Part shown: positions 18,021 to 27,458 of the stretch, piece after piece
Position numbering within the stretch: position 1 is the stretch's first letter
How the letters are laid out: every line of letters starts with the position of its first letter
Origin: a virus
Lineage: Duplodnaviria; Caudoviricetes
Virus record (IMG/VR): IMGVR_UViG_3300031759_000027
Location: 1-56,410 of that record
Strand: one strand, 5' to 3'
Length of the DNA: 56,410 nt
Position numbers and translations under genes: made by a program
The notes under the pieces: model-generated
Databases searched by the model: none
Told to the model about the DNA's origin: nothing
What the model saw: the letters and a program-made list of their open reading frames with translations, nothing else

Positions 18021-19013
18021 TTAAACTCCAGGCACCTTGCCAGTTGTCAAATCGATTGCCAGACAGATGAGATCTGTGTACCACTCATCACCTCTGGTAT
18101 CACCCACGTGCTCGACCACAAAAGCCATATAAGTTCCGTTTTTTGAGACCGGCGCTAAGGGCTGTCTTGCACTTCGGCTATTATAAAGAATTTGTGAAGG
18201 ATTCGACACAGCATTAGTGGTCTGGTTAATATCATTGCTATTCAGCTCCACAAGCTGACCAATTTTGATCTTGCTGTTTAGCAGGCATCGAACCCGGATG
18301 CCGCCGTCTGTCTGCTCTGGGATGCCAATCATGCCAGTTGCAGAATTGATTTTGACAACCTCATTTGAAGCGTATTGCGTCAATGGTGTGACTACGACTT
18401 TACCATTTTGGATTGACCACTGAGATCCCAGTGACCTGCTGTACATTCTCATTTGTGATCTACTCATTCCAAATAGGACCTGTCCCCTGATCACTGGAAC
18501 GAAAGCGGGAGTCCATGTAGCAAACATCTGATTGAGGTCTGATGCTGGTTGACCATTTTTGGAGTTTATGTCATCGGCAATCCGTTGCATTGCGTCTTTT
18601 GGGGTCTCACCGGCTTTGATATTTTCATTGATAAACGATTGAGAATATCCAAGGTCACCGTCAGAAGCCAAGATATCAACATAAGAGTTAATGTTGTTCT
18701 CGCGCCCGATTCTGAGCTGTTTAATGGTCCCATCAAAAATGATACCAAAATTGCCTTCACCCTCATAGCCAGCTTCTAAAATAACCCGGTTAAATTCGCC
18801 CAGATTTTGAAGATTGCCCTTATCCCGGCTAAGGATCTGGTTAATTGTGTTTTGAGATAGGTTATAAACCCGAGCTACCAGATTATCAGGAACTTCGACA
18901 TCAGCATTTTGTGTGCTAAATTTAATTTTGAATTCAGACAGATTGATAACAGCTTTGTCGCTGATGACACTAAGTTTGATCTTTCTGATCCATTGATTTG
19001 AAAGAGTGGTCAT
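18021..19013 (-). CDS. Baseplate hub protein
   Basis: YNLS, LEAGY, IF.G.I, WSIQNG, TGMIG.P, H.GDTRG..W. Confidence 0.8.
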   Translation of the reverse strand: MTTLSNQWIRKIKLSVISDKAVINLSEFKIKFSTQNADVEVPDNLVARVYNLSQNTINQILSRDKGNLQNLGEFNRVILEAGYEGEGNFGIIFDGTIKQLRIGRENNINSYVDILASDGDLGYSQSFINENIKAGETPKDAMQRIADDINSKNGQPASDLNQMFATWTPAFVPVIRGQVLFGMSRSQMRMYSRSLGSQWSIQNGKVVVTPLTQYASNEVVKINSATGMIGIPEQTDGGIRVRCLLNSKIKIGQLVELNSNDINQTTNAVSNPSQILYNSRSARQPLAPVSKNGTYMAFVVEHVGDTRGDEWYTDLICLAIDLTTGKVPGV

Positions 19014-19318
19014 GGTGTGGTAAAGATTAGATGCGAAGATGTACCAATGTTAGAAAAGGTCGGAACAGCCGTAGCGTTGCCGTCTGTTGAAACTGTAAGA
19101 GTCCCGCCAAAATACATGTCTGGATAAGGCTCTAATAAATTAGTTCCAGTCACCAAAGGAATTCCTTGAACCATAGGATTTCCCTGACTATCTGAAATAT
19201 CGATCGTCCAAATATTAGAAAAGCTGTTCCAACGCATGTAAATCTGATAAGTTTGTCCGCCTAACTGGATAGAAAAACTTTGCGCTTGGGGACTTAATGG
19301 AATTTCGTATGCTGCCAT
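19010..19318 (-). CDS. Baseplate plug-like virion protein
   Basis: EIPL...Q.F.I.L.G..Y....WN...W..D...GIPLV.G; synteny. Confidence 0.7.
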   Translation of the reverse strand: MAAYEIPLSPQAQSFSIQLGGQTYQIYMRWNSFSNIWTIDISDSQGNPMVQGIPLVTGTNLLEPYPDMYFGGTLTVSTDGNATAVPTFSNIGTSSHLIFTTP

Positions 19319-19320
19319 GA

Positions 19321-20046
19321 TTATGCCACCTTCACGTCGCTGTAAGGAATGACGCTTTGATTACCTTTAGGGACAGTAGATTCTGTTTTACCTGGGTCTG
19401 CTTGAGTTTCGCTAGAAAGCAAAACAGTTTGGGAATTCACAAGAATAACTTCTTTGCAGTTCATCACAACAAATAATGCATTCTCGCTTTTTTCCTCAGT
19501 TTCAACAACTAAGCTTTTGCAGATCATATTTTGATAAAGTCGTTTTCCAGTTTGAATTGAAAAGAGTGCTCTATTTTTCTGCAAAGTTTGAAGTTGTTTA
19601 TAGATCGAATTGATTTGACTAGCTTCAGAACCTGTCATTGCTGATTGAATTAAGCTACCTGCTTGATAAGCCGCAACCCCAATAGCTGCAGCATTAACAA
19701 TTCGATTGGCTGATGCATTTGTAGCTCCAACAGCTGTGGCTGCAGATAAACCAGCATTGATCAATGGCCCAAAACCTGATGGGCTGTTTGACCAGGCAAT
19801 CTCTAAAACTAGTTCTGCAGGTCTTTTAAACGCGTGGTCAGAGATCATTGCTCCGACCTCAACAGGATGCTCAGTGACTTCCAATTCGTCGTTATGAATC
19901 TCTCTGATGGTAGCTTGTGCCTTGATTGATTGCAATGTAGAACCATCAGGATTCTTGATATTAAAGAATCGACGGTTAGGTTTGATAATAATTGCATTCA
20001 GACCTAATTGAAGGCCGGCAATTGCGTAGCCAGTAAAATTGCTCAT
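19321..20046 (-). CDS. Tail tube initiator / Dit-like baseplate protein
   Basis: E.H..EL.VTEHPVE.G..ISDHA...P, TG.R.Y.NM. Confidence 0.75.
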   Translation of the reverse strand: MSNFTGYAIAGLQLGLNAIIIKPNRRFFNIKNPDGSTLQSIKAQATIREIHNDELEVTEHPVEVGAMISDHAFKRPAELVLEIAWSNSPSGFGPLINAGLSAATAVGATNASANRIVNAAAIGVAAYQAGSLIQSAMTGSEASQINSIYKQLQTLQKNRALFSIQTGKRLYQNMICKSLVVETEEKSENALFVVMNCKEVILVNSQTVLLSSETQADPGKTESTVPKGNQSVIPYSDVKVA

Positions 20047-21443
20047 GGTTGTAGTCCCGCAGTATTTCTTGTTACATCACCAATCTGCCGTTGAAGCGTC
20101 ATAGCAATGCTCTTTGAGATTGATTGGGCATCAGTACCAGTAACATTAAAATCATTTTTGATAGTCACATTATTTGCAGTAGAAGAATTTCCGCCACCAC
20201 CTAATGATCGGTTAAAACGATCTTGATATTGTTCTGACGTGAACCCTCTGTTTGCAGCTAGACCTTCAGAGGTCATTTTGCCTTGTGGGTTTCCGGTGTA
20301 CCAGACATTTGCCGCCTTGCCCATATCGCCGTATTGTTGAAGTAATTCAGACGCGTACTTTTTTGCAACTGTGTCTTGGATTTCTTTTGGTGCTGATTTA
20401 GCGCTGCCAAATTCTTGACCAACGCCATATTTTTTAGTTAACGACTGCCAGGTGCTATCAATAAACTGATACGCCCCAGATGCTGTTGAAAGAGGATTTT
20501 TTGCGCCGTAGTTTCCGCCAGATGATTCAACGCCTTTAATGCCCTTTAAAAACTTATCTACGTTTTCGCTTGTATTTTCAGCAGGTGAAGCTCCTTCAGG
20601 TTTTGGGCCGTTTAAAGGCTTGGACTTACTACCCCAGCGTTTTTCTGCATCTTCTCCTGAGGTTGTCAACCAATCCCAGAATCCAATTTCTCCGTGCGCC
20701 CACTTTGATAGTCCTGCAACTTGCGCGTCAGCTTTAGATGCGATGCTATCTAATGCAGGACCAAATTTGTATAGAAGAGCTTCACCAGCAAAGACGAATG
20801 AATTTTTTAGGCTGTCTACGGTGTTTGCGTAGTGAGCTAATTTTTGTTGATCTTCTTCATTAAACAGTGAGTCTTGTTGATTTTTGTAGCTTCTTGTTTT
20901 TTCAGCTAGCAAATCAAAATTTTGAGCCATTAAAAGATATTGCTCTTTACTGATTCCAAACTGCTCTGCAAACTGCGCAGCAACACCCCTACCTTCGGCA
21001 GTATCTCCAAACTTCTTTTTTAAAGCTTCAACAAGCCGAAGATAATTTTCTAAGTTGTTTGTATCAGCTTTTCTACCGGTGATTGTTTCAAAAAACCCCT
21101 TCATTGCAGGAGTATTTTGTAAGGTAGATCCAAATGATTGTAAGCTAGATTCTGCAGAGTCTGCTGAGATGCCAATCTGTTCTGCAGCTTTACTGAACGC
21201 CTTTACTGAGTTTGGCGTCGTGCCAGAAATACCTGACTCAAAAAATGTTTTTCGTGTCGCGTAAGCAAACTTTGTGGTGGCCGCAACAGTGGCTGCGACG
21301 GCTGCAGCAGCGGCTGTACCGACACCGAGCAGGCGCTTTTGAGTTGTGTTAAGGTTCTCATTAAATTTCAGGTAGGATGAAGCATCAACTTGATAACCAA
21401 GCTTAACTAAATACTCCTGAAGAATTTCAGCGCTTCCTTGCAT
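20043..21443 (-). CDS. Tape measure protein with lytic transglycosylase-like domain
   Basis: EYLV.LG..VD start, helical Ala-rich body, ES.GGNY.A.N..S.ASGAYQF...TW. Confidence 0.85.
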   Translation of the reverse strand: MQGSAEILQEYLVKLGYQVDASSYLKFNENLNTTQKRLLGVGTAAAAAVAATVAATTKFAYATRKTFFESGISGTTPNSVKAFSKAAEQIGISADSAESSLQSFGSTLQNTPAMKGFFETITGRKADTNNLENYLRLVEALKKKFGDTAEGRGVAAQFAEQFGISKEQYLLMAQNFDLLAEKTRSYKNQQDSLFNEEDQQKLAHYANTVDSLKNSFVFAGEALLYKFGPALDSIASKADAQVAGLSKWAHGEIGFWDWLTTSGEDAEKRWGSKSKPLNGPKPEGASPAENTSENVDKFLKGIKGVESSGGNYGAKNPLSTASGAYQFIDSTWQSLTKKYGVGQEFGSAKSAPKEIQDTVAKKYASELLQQYGDMGKAANVWYTGNPQGKMTSEGLAANRGFTSEQYQDRFNRSLGGGGNSSTANNVTIKNDFNVTGTDAQSISKSIAMTLQRQIGDVTRNTAGLQP

Positions 21444-21594
21444 GGCTCACCCGTTCCTGATTCTCTGCTTCTACATCAAGTGCCTCATTCATCTTTGCAA
21501 TATCTATGAGATTGATTTTCCCATTAACTAAAGATTCGTATTGACACATCCCTCGAAGAACAGGTCGAAGAAGCCAGTCTTCTTCACCTGACAT
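21427..21594 (-). CDS. Tail assembly chaperone, distal (T-like) ORF
   Basis: Hand translation MSGEEDWLLRPVLRGMCQYESL...NEALD; lies in the -1 frame of the upstream chaperone. Confidence 0.75.
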   Translation of the reverse strand: MSGEEDWLLRPVLRGMCQYESLVNGKINLIDIAKMNEALDVEAENQERVSHARKR

Positions 21595-21605
21595 CCGAGC
21601 AAGTA

Positions 21606-21998
21606 CTATTGATCCACCGCCCCTTGTTGCAAACTGGCTAGGGCGGAATTGAAAAAACTTCCAAGATTCTCCACAATGACAGATGCTGTCAACTGCAATA
21701 AAGTAGCTAGGTCAATCTCAGAGAACATCAACACGCCATTGGGCATTAACTTCACCCAACCGGTATCTTGCTTGATTGAGACTACACCTAAGCACTTCTT
21801 AACAATCTCATCTGACTCTTCATCAGACAATCTAGAAAGCAATAAAACGACAAGCAAGGTAACATCCTTGCCTGCGTTTCGATCAGCCACTAGACCTTCT
21901 ACGATTGGAATTGCAGGACCTAATTTGCGAGCAACCGCTAACTGCTCGAAAACAGTTAGCTTGCCGATATCAAACTGGCCACAATTGAGGTCAATCAT
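21606..21998 (-). CDS. Tail assembly chaperone (G-like)
   Basis: Between tube and tape measure; KL..F.Q..VARKL...ENLG.FF; slippery T TTT TTC. Confidence 0.8.
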   Translation of the reverse strand: MIDLNCGQFDIGKLTVFEQLAVARKLGPAIPIVEGLVADRNAGKDVTLLVVLLLSRLSDEESDEIVKKCLGVVSIKQDTGWVKLMPNGVLMFSEIDLATLLQLTASVIVENLGSFFNSALASLQQGAVDQ

Positions 21999-22441
21999 TA
22001 TGCACCGCTCCCGAGTGTACGATCAATAATACCGGCTTGGAAAGTCCATTCATTCATGCCGGCTTCTTTTGCGTAGGTAATCGCAGGCGCCTTACGGAAC
22101 GCCACGATCTGACATGTGATCACGTCTTGAGTTTGACTGTTAGCGATACTAATCGTATTCTGGCCATGATTAGCACCAGATGCGGTTTGAAACGCGTACA
22201 TCAAGCTCAATTGCTGATTTACCGGTGAGGTCTTAAGCAGACGCACAGTAATGGTGCCAGACTTATTGGCATGCAATGAGTGCATTGGCGTACCATCAGC
22301 TGCGATAGTCATGGTGTTGATATCTTCAGTAGGCTCTACTGTGATACCTTCTTCTGAAACTGCTGCACCAGCACCTAAGTTAATAGAACCACCAGGTCCG
22401 GTGATTGCAACTTGCGTATCTAAGAAGCTATATGTTGTCAT
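21998..22441 (-). CDS. Tail tube protein (DUF3277-like)
   Basis: YSF.D...GPGG...EEGI...ADG..MHSL....G..T.RLLKTSP.N; follows sheath. Confidence 0.85.
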   Translation of the reverse strand: MTTYSFLDTQVAITGPGGSINLGAGAAVSEEGITVEPTEDINTMTIAADGTPMHSLHANKSGTITVRLLKTSPVNQQLSLMYAFQTASGANHGQNTISIANSQTQDVITCQIVAFRKAPAITYAKEAGMNEWTFQAGIIDRTLGSGA

Positions 22442-22454
22442 TGATCTCTCCTAA

Positions 22455-23948
22455 TTATTGATTAACGTTGATGATGATATCAACTGTATGGATGGCTCCA
22501 GCTAACTTAGCAGCTACTTGGAACACAACTGATTTGCGAGCTGCACGATCAGCAGGGTTTTGAGTTGCGATTGGAGGGGCATAAACATAGAAGCCTTTAG
22601 GTAGGTAGTCACCTTGATTCAACGCACCAAAGCCGCCGCTATTCCAAACACCTGGAGCTAACAAACCGTTAGTCACGCCTTGTGAGCAAACTGCTTCAAT
22701 TGTTGTTGCAATCAAATGGTTACCGGCGTCAGTTTGTGGCACCTTAGTTGGTGTTGTGTAGAGCAGGTTGTAGACGCTAGTCTGAATATCAAGCGCTAAC
22801 CAATCTGTTCCTGTAATCACGTCGATAAACTGTCCAGACGCGCAAACACCAGGCTCAATAATTGCTGTGTTGTTGTTATAAGCAACAAACACGTTGCAAT
22901 TAAATGACTCAAGGGCATTTAACTGATTTACGTTTAAGGTTTCAGCAGCGATACCAGGCTCTTGTTTGTACATCAGCGTGATAACAGTGTTGTTGCCGTT
23001 ATAGTTAGTTGTTAAAATGCGAGCTAGCAAAGAGCAAACTGCATACGCGCTAGAGCTAGAGTACTGAGTTTGCGTGCGGTTATATCCAAGCTGTTTAACT
23101 TGATAGGCAATGTTCGTTGTATCAGAAGAATTCAATACCGCAGCTTCTTGTGTACTAATGCCGTATAGATGCTTAGTGGTTGCGCCTTCAATGTAAGCAG
23201 CACAAGCAAGATGGTCAGAATCAGATGCGCCAAGGATTGTTGTTGCGTACCACTGTGGGCCAAACTGGAGGTCAAACAACTCTAATGCTTGGATTGCTGT
23301 TTCAGCGGCAATACCAGGAACTAGGTAGGCGCCAGATGAAGTTGAAGTGCCGCCAAGCAAAGCGCTAATGTCTGTGCCAGTAGCTGCAGCAGTTAAGAAG
23401 CTCACAGAAGAAGTTGTTCCGGTAGTACCAGAAACAAACTCAAAGCGAGAGTAATTAGACGACCATTGAACAGTCACGCCAGTTACGATTAAATCAATTG
23501 CAGCTTGGATTGTTGCAGCAACTGCGTTTAAGTTTGCATCAGCTGAAAAGTTCAAGCCTGTAACATCATGGCCAGTTCCGTCGATTGATACATGGAACGA
23601 TCCAGATAGGATTGAAGTCCAAGTATTCATTGCCTGCGCAGAAGCCGATAAAGATGCGCAATACATCTCGCCAGCAGAATTGGTTTTTGCCCAGCGACCA
23701 ATGTTTAATGTAGTTGGTTGTGGTGATTGTTCAAACCAAAGAGCCGCTGCGTAGTACTCAGGAGCAGTTACCCCAAAGTCAGAAGCAACACCAGATAAAC
23801 TAGTATAAGTTCTCATACGTGTCACTGTGTCAATGACAGTAGAAGAACCAATAATCAACAAAGTTGAAAGATTTTGAAATTGCGCCCCTGCAGGTGTTAA
23901 GTTAACACTTGCATTGACTAATCGATTGATGGGAAGTGTACTGGTCAT
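22455..23948 (-). CDS. Tail sheath protein (DUF3383-like)
   Basis: DFG...PEY.AA..F.Q.P.P, TL.YK.EPG, K.PQTD.G, RAARK, LAGA.H. Confidence 0.9.
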   Translation of the reverse strand: MTSTLPINRLVNASVNLTPAGAQFQNLSTLLIIGSSTVIDTVTRMRTYTSLSGVASDFGVTAPEYYAAALWFEQSPQPTTLNIGRWAKTNSAGEMYCASLSASAQAMNTWTSILSGSFHVSIDGTGHDVTGLNFSADANLNAVAATIQAAIDLIVTGVTVQWSSNYSRFEFVSGTTGTTSSVSFLTAAATGTDISALLGGTSTSSGAYLVPGIAAETAIQALELFDLQFGPQWYATTILGASDSDHLACAAYIEGATTKHLYGISTQEAAVLNSSDTTNIAYQVKQLGYNRTQTQYSSSSAYAVCSLLARILTTNYNGNNTVITLMYKQEPGIAAETLNVNQLNALESFNCNVFVAYNNNTAIIEPGVCASGQFIDVITGTDWLALDIQTSVYNLLYTTPTKVPQTDAGNHLIATTIEAVCSQGVTNGLLAPGVWNSGGFGALNQGDYLPKGFYVYAPPIATQNPADRAARKSVVFQVAAKLAGAIHTVDIIINVNQ

Positions 23949-23959
23949 GGATTTTTCTC

Positions 23960-24547
23960 CTATTGGTTAACCGCGATATCAGTAATGTAGTGCTCATTAT
24001 CTAACCGGATATCTCCAGACAAAATATTGAGCACTGGGTAATCACGAACAATCTGTCTGCGGATTGAAAAAGGCAGATCAACGCGATATAACCACTTTTG
24101 CTTTAACAACTCTGGCAGCGTAACAATCTCGCCGCAAGCTACTAAGCCCATATTGTTCAGGCTAAGGATTTCCCTATTCTGAGACAAATACATGCCTTCT
24201 CGCAGCACCTGTGAATTAAGATCAGCATTAGGACCATAAAATGAAATCAAGAAATGCATGATCTCATGGTTAATTACTTGACCATATCCACCGGTCTCAT
24301 TCGGGATAAATTTTTCATACGCGAACGTCTGAATTTCACGCCGAACAACACCAAGCGCTGCCCAACTTACATCTTCTTGCGGGATATTTGTTGACTCTGG
24401 CTGCCAACGAGGCCTAACATTTTTGCCTAGCATACCAGTGATTCCTACAACCCAAGATTGCACAAAGTCGACAAGGGCTTCACCTTCCAATGGAGCTGGT
24501 GAGCTCGATGGTGTTAGGTAACCGCCAGTTGCCGAAGTGTTGCTCAT
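23960..24547 (-). CDS. Neck/tail terminator protein
   Basis: S.TGGYL.P, VRPRWQ, FYGP; directly upstream of sheath. Confidence 0.75.
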   Translation of the reverse strand: MSNTSATGGYLTPSSSPAPLEGEALVDFVQSWVVGITGMLGKNVRPRWQPESTNIPQEDVSWAALGVVRREIQTFAYEKFIPNETGGYGQVINHEIMHFLISFYGPNADLNSQVLREGMYLSQNREILSLNNMGLVACGEIVTLPELLKQKWLYRVDLPFSIRRQIVRDYPVLNILSGDIRLDNEHYITDIAVNQ

Positions 24548-24915
24548 CTTGTACCCGCTCCTTGCTGGTATTTTACTGTGAAAGTACCATCTGAATTTTT
24601 AACATGTGATACCACAAACCAGCCCTTGGTCTTCATGGCTGCCACTGCTTTTTCCATTTGATACAAGGATGTGTAAGATTCTTCTTTTGTGGAGTCTTTA
24701 GCTGAGCGGGCTTTCTTTAAGAGCTCTTGAAGATGTTTAGAGACCTCTGACAGTGACATCCTCTTGACTACTGCGATGAGCATCTGTTTTTCAGAAGAGG
24801 AAAGATCTTTCCTGGCCTCGAGCAAGCGAATCGCTGAAGCAATCTGACCGGCGTGGAATACACTGCCTTCCATTGAATCTCTATACTTCTTATGGATATG
24901 AATGTGAACTGCCAT
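24544..24915 (-). CDS. HIHIH-leader protein 5
   Basis: MAVHIHIHKKYRDS; internal SAKDS. Confidence 0.75.
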   Translation of the reverse strand: MAVHIHIHKKYRDSMEGSVFHAGQIASAIRLLEARKDLSSSEKQMLIAVVKRMSLSEVSKHLQELLKKARSAKDSTKEESYTSLYQMEKAVAAMKTKGWFVVSHVKNSDGTFTVKYQQGAGTR

Positions 24916-24916
24916 G

Positions 24917-25192
24917 TTACCACTCCTTGCATGTAAATTGAACTCCCTGATTGCCCAGGATTGATACTTCGCCCTTAGCTACTGGGTAGTATTGTAATGT
25001 TGAATGCATGTGACCTGGGTCAATTCTGATTGAACCTAGACCAGACGATGCAGGTCCTAGATCGTTTATCCAGATCGAATGGCTTGGACTGAGGTTCTGG
25101 ATAAAGAAGCCCTTTCGAAGATCATTCTTTTCTAAGAGGATCTGGGCCGTACCCGTTTTAAGGACAGTGCCTGATTTATCTTCTAATCTCAT
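24917..25192 (-). CDS. Hypothetical small virion-module protein
   Basis: ATGA overlap with upstream gene; beta-rich, RKGFFIQN. Confidence 0.6.
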   Translation of the reverse strand: MRLEDKSGTVLKTGTAQILLEKNDLRKGFFIQNLSPSHSIWINDLGPASSGLGSIRIDPGHMHSTLQYYPVAKGEVSILGNQGVQFTCKEW

Positions 25193-25584
25193 ATTCTTAC
25201 CTTAGCTGGGTTGACGTCAGTCTTATCCATGGATTCACATTCGGCTTGGTAAAAACCCTCGCCAAATTGTGGGTAGTAGTCCACATGACGGACCACATAA
25301 TTATCACCACGCCATACTATCACGTCAGCTTGATATCCAGTCACCTCTGATTGGAGTTGGAACTTGAGCACCACCGAGATTGTTCTTGTCGTCGCTTGAA
25401 AGTCTACGTCGCGCCCAAGATCTGATGGACTACTCATCGTCACAGTTCCGTACACTGGATTGTAGGTTCTGATGACATTTTCACCCCGGCCATTATCTCC
25501 CATAACTTCCTGACGTCTTAGCACCTTGAAGGTATCTAAGAACATTGGATCTAGAAGGGCATCTGACATGTCTAAGAGAGCCAT
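25189..25584 (-). CDS. Head-tail adaptor/closure protein
   Basis: LD.SD.L.DP.F...V.RR...G, D...W.G..Y.V...G.GF; synteny. Confidence 0.7.
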   Translation of the reverse strand: MALLDMSDALLDPMFLDTFKVLRRQEVMGDNGRGENVIRTYNPVYGTVTMSSPSDLGRDVDFQATTRTISVVLKFQLQSEVTGYQADVIVWRGDNYVVRHVDYYPQFGEGFYQAECESMDKTDVNPAKVRI

Positions 25585-26144
25585 TATTTTTTCACCACGT
25601 AGATGATTGAATTTCTAAGTTGGCCAGTATTGACCAACGGTGTAATGCCAACAGATGCTTGGGCTTCTGCAGGAGAAGCTCCTTCAGCGATCTGCTTCAT
25701 GTATTCTTTTTCGCCCTTGCGCATAGACTTTGTCTTGCGCCCATATTTACGGGCTTCAATTGTTGCAGGCTTTAACGGTGGTGGAATACCTTCTGTGATA
25801 ACACCACGAATTGCGTTTTGAGCAGCTAGGCCAGCTCGGTTTAAGCAGGCATTGACCAAGCCTTCGTTGCCAGTCAGGACTGCTGAAGCAGCTACTTTAA
25901 ATTCTGCCCGAATGGTTGGCGTGGCGCGTTTAATACCAGGGCGCATAAAAGGCCTTGCAGGCACATTATTTGCAGGAGCCCCGTTGTCATGAATGTAAGC
26001 CAAGGTTGCATTATTGATCGGTTCATCTGTTCTCGCAGTCTTTGATCTAGGCACGCCAACAAGCACATCTTTCTGCACTAAAGCATCAAAAGCTGCCAGT
26101 AACTTGGGCAGCTTATTTGTGATGAGTTTAGCAGGGTTTTGCAT
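25584..26144 (-). CDS. Neck/tail completion protein
   Basis: VLVGVP, NA.LAYIH..G.P...PARPF.RP, PLV.TGQLR.SI. Confidence 0.8.
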   Translation of the reverse strand: MQNPAKLITNKLPKLLAAFDALVQKDVLVGVPRSKTARTDEPINNATLAYIHDNGAPANNVPARPFMRPGIKRATPTIRAEFKVAASAVLTGNEGLVNACLNRAGLAAQNAIRGVITEGIPPPLKPATIEARKYGRKTKSMRKGEKEYMKQIAEGASPAEAQASVGITPLVNTGQLRNSIIYVVKK

Positions 26145-26150
26145 TAGGAG

Positions 26151-26528
26151 TTATAAATCACCAAGCTGCATACGAACAACAGCACCAAGTCTGTTATATG
26201 AGGAAACAGCTTTCTCCATTGCTGCGCGTTCAGCTGGAGTAACAGTTTCTTTTCGAGATTCTTTGTGTTTAACTTCTTTCATCAAGTCTTGAGCTTTTTT
26301 CTTTAGCACAAGCGCGTTATCACGTTTTCTGATGAGATCATCAATGATCGCTTTTACCTCATTGATATTTTTCTTATCTGAATTTTTAGGGTACGGCAAA
26401 AGTCCAGAGCCCTGCCCAACGTGGGCTCCGTTCCATGTATTAAAGACAGTTTCGAGGATTCTATAACCTTTATATTCCACGACTTGTGTATCTTTTGTTT
26501 TGCGGTGGACGTGAATATGAATTGCCAT
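26151..26528 (-). CDS. HIHIH-leader protein 4
   Basis: MAIHIHVHRKTKDT. Confidence 0.75.
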   Translation of the reverse strand: MAIHIHVHRKTKDTQVVEYKGYRILETVFNTWNGAHVGQGSGLLPYPKNSDKKNINEVKAIIDDLIRKRDNALVLKKKAQDLMKEVKHKESRKETVTPAERAAMEKAVSSYNRLGAVVRMQLGDL

Positions 26529-26530
26529 GA

Positions 26531-27010
26531 TTAGCTTCCAAAGTTAGTAAAGCCAGGGGTGGTCAAAGGACCTTGCCAGCCTGGACCATTTAATGGGGGA
26601 GTGTAGCCGATGCCGACTTGTAGTGGGCCAGCTCCAAAGATCTTAGCAAGGCGGTAGAACCTGGTGCCATAAATCGTTTGATTCCAGTGACCAGCATCTT
26701 TTTCTGTTACTGCGCCAGTATCATACCCGATCGAGACCTTGTCAACGCCCTTGCTGCTAATTGGGCCAGTCTGTTGACCTGGAATGCCGCCGACAGAAGA
26801 TTCTTTTTGGGCCTTGGCCTCTAGTACGATTTGATGAGCCGTATAAAGAGCAACCCCTAGGTTTGTTGAGTTTGCCCAACGTGACCCATCGACAAACCGG
26901 CCTGCAACATCTAACCAAAAATCAATCTGCGCTTTTGGATAGGTTTGTGTGCATTCAAACTCAGGAAATTGCTGCCTAAAGGTTGCCGTGTCAAGGGTTG
27001 GAGTTGCCAT
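26531..27010 (-). CDS. Head-tail connector (DUF4054-like)
   Basis: FR..FPEF...YP, L.TAH, S..V.KVS..Y, W..T.YG..F. Confidence 0.85.
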   Translation of the reverse strand: MATPTLDTATFRQQFPEFECTQTYPKAQIDFWLDVAGRFVDGSRWANSTNLGVALYTAHQIVLEAKAQKESSVGGIPGQQTGPISSKGVDKVSIGYDTGAVTEKDAGHWNQTIYGTRFYRLAKIFGAGPLQVGIGYTPPLNGPGWQGPLTTPGFTNFGS

Positions 27011-27018
27011 GATAGTTC

Positions 27019-27243
27019 CTAGCGTGGATTTGCTTTGATTGCGGCTTCGACAGCTTCTAATGCGGTTCTGGCAGCTCCTGCAGCTTTATCAACTGAGAAT
27101 CTGTTTGTAAGAACACGCTCGTTGCCAGCAAGTGCTTTTAAATCAGCAGTAATTCTAGCAAGGTCACGCTGCGCACTTGCAAGGGTGCCGATGATGCCAG
27201 CATCTTTTGCTTTACCTGAATGAATGTGAATATGAGTGGTCAT
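27019..27243 (-). CDS. HIHIH-leader protein 3
   Basis: MTTHIHIHSGKAKDA. Confidence 0.75.
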   Translation of the reverse strand: MTTHIHIHSGKAKDAGIIGTLASAQRDLARITADLKALAGNERVLTNRFSVDKAAGAARTALEAVEAAIKANPR

Positions 27244-27245
27244 GA

Positions 27246-27458
27246 TTAGCTCTTTAGAACACGTTGAATTTCAGCCCAGATGCCAGGACCACGAAAGTTT
27301 CCACCAATTGAATAGGCTTCTTTTTTCAAGTCTTCTTTAAGTTTACGAGCTTTCTCTACGACTTCTTTGCGGCGACGCTCCTCATCAGGACCAATGGTGC
27401 CATCTGGGTTCGCGTCTTTTGCACGGCTACTTAGGTGGATATGGATGTGCTTGGTCAT
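27246..27458 (-). CDS. HIHIH-leader protein 2
   Basis: MTKHIHIHLSSRAKDA. Confidence 0.75.
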   Translation of the reverse strand: MTKHIHIHLSSRAKDANPDGTIGPDEERRRKEVVEKARKLKEDLKKEAYSIGGNFRGPGIWAEIQRVLKS

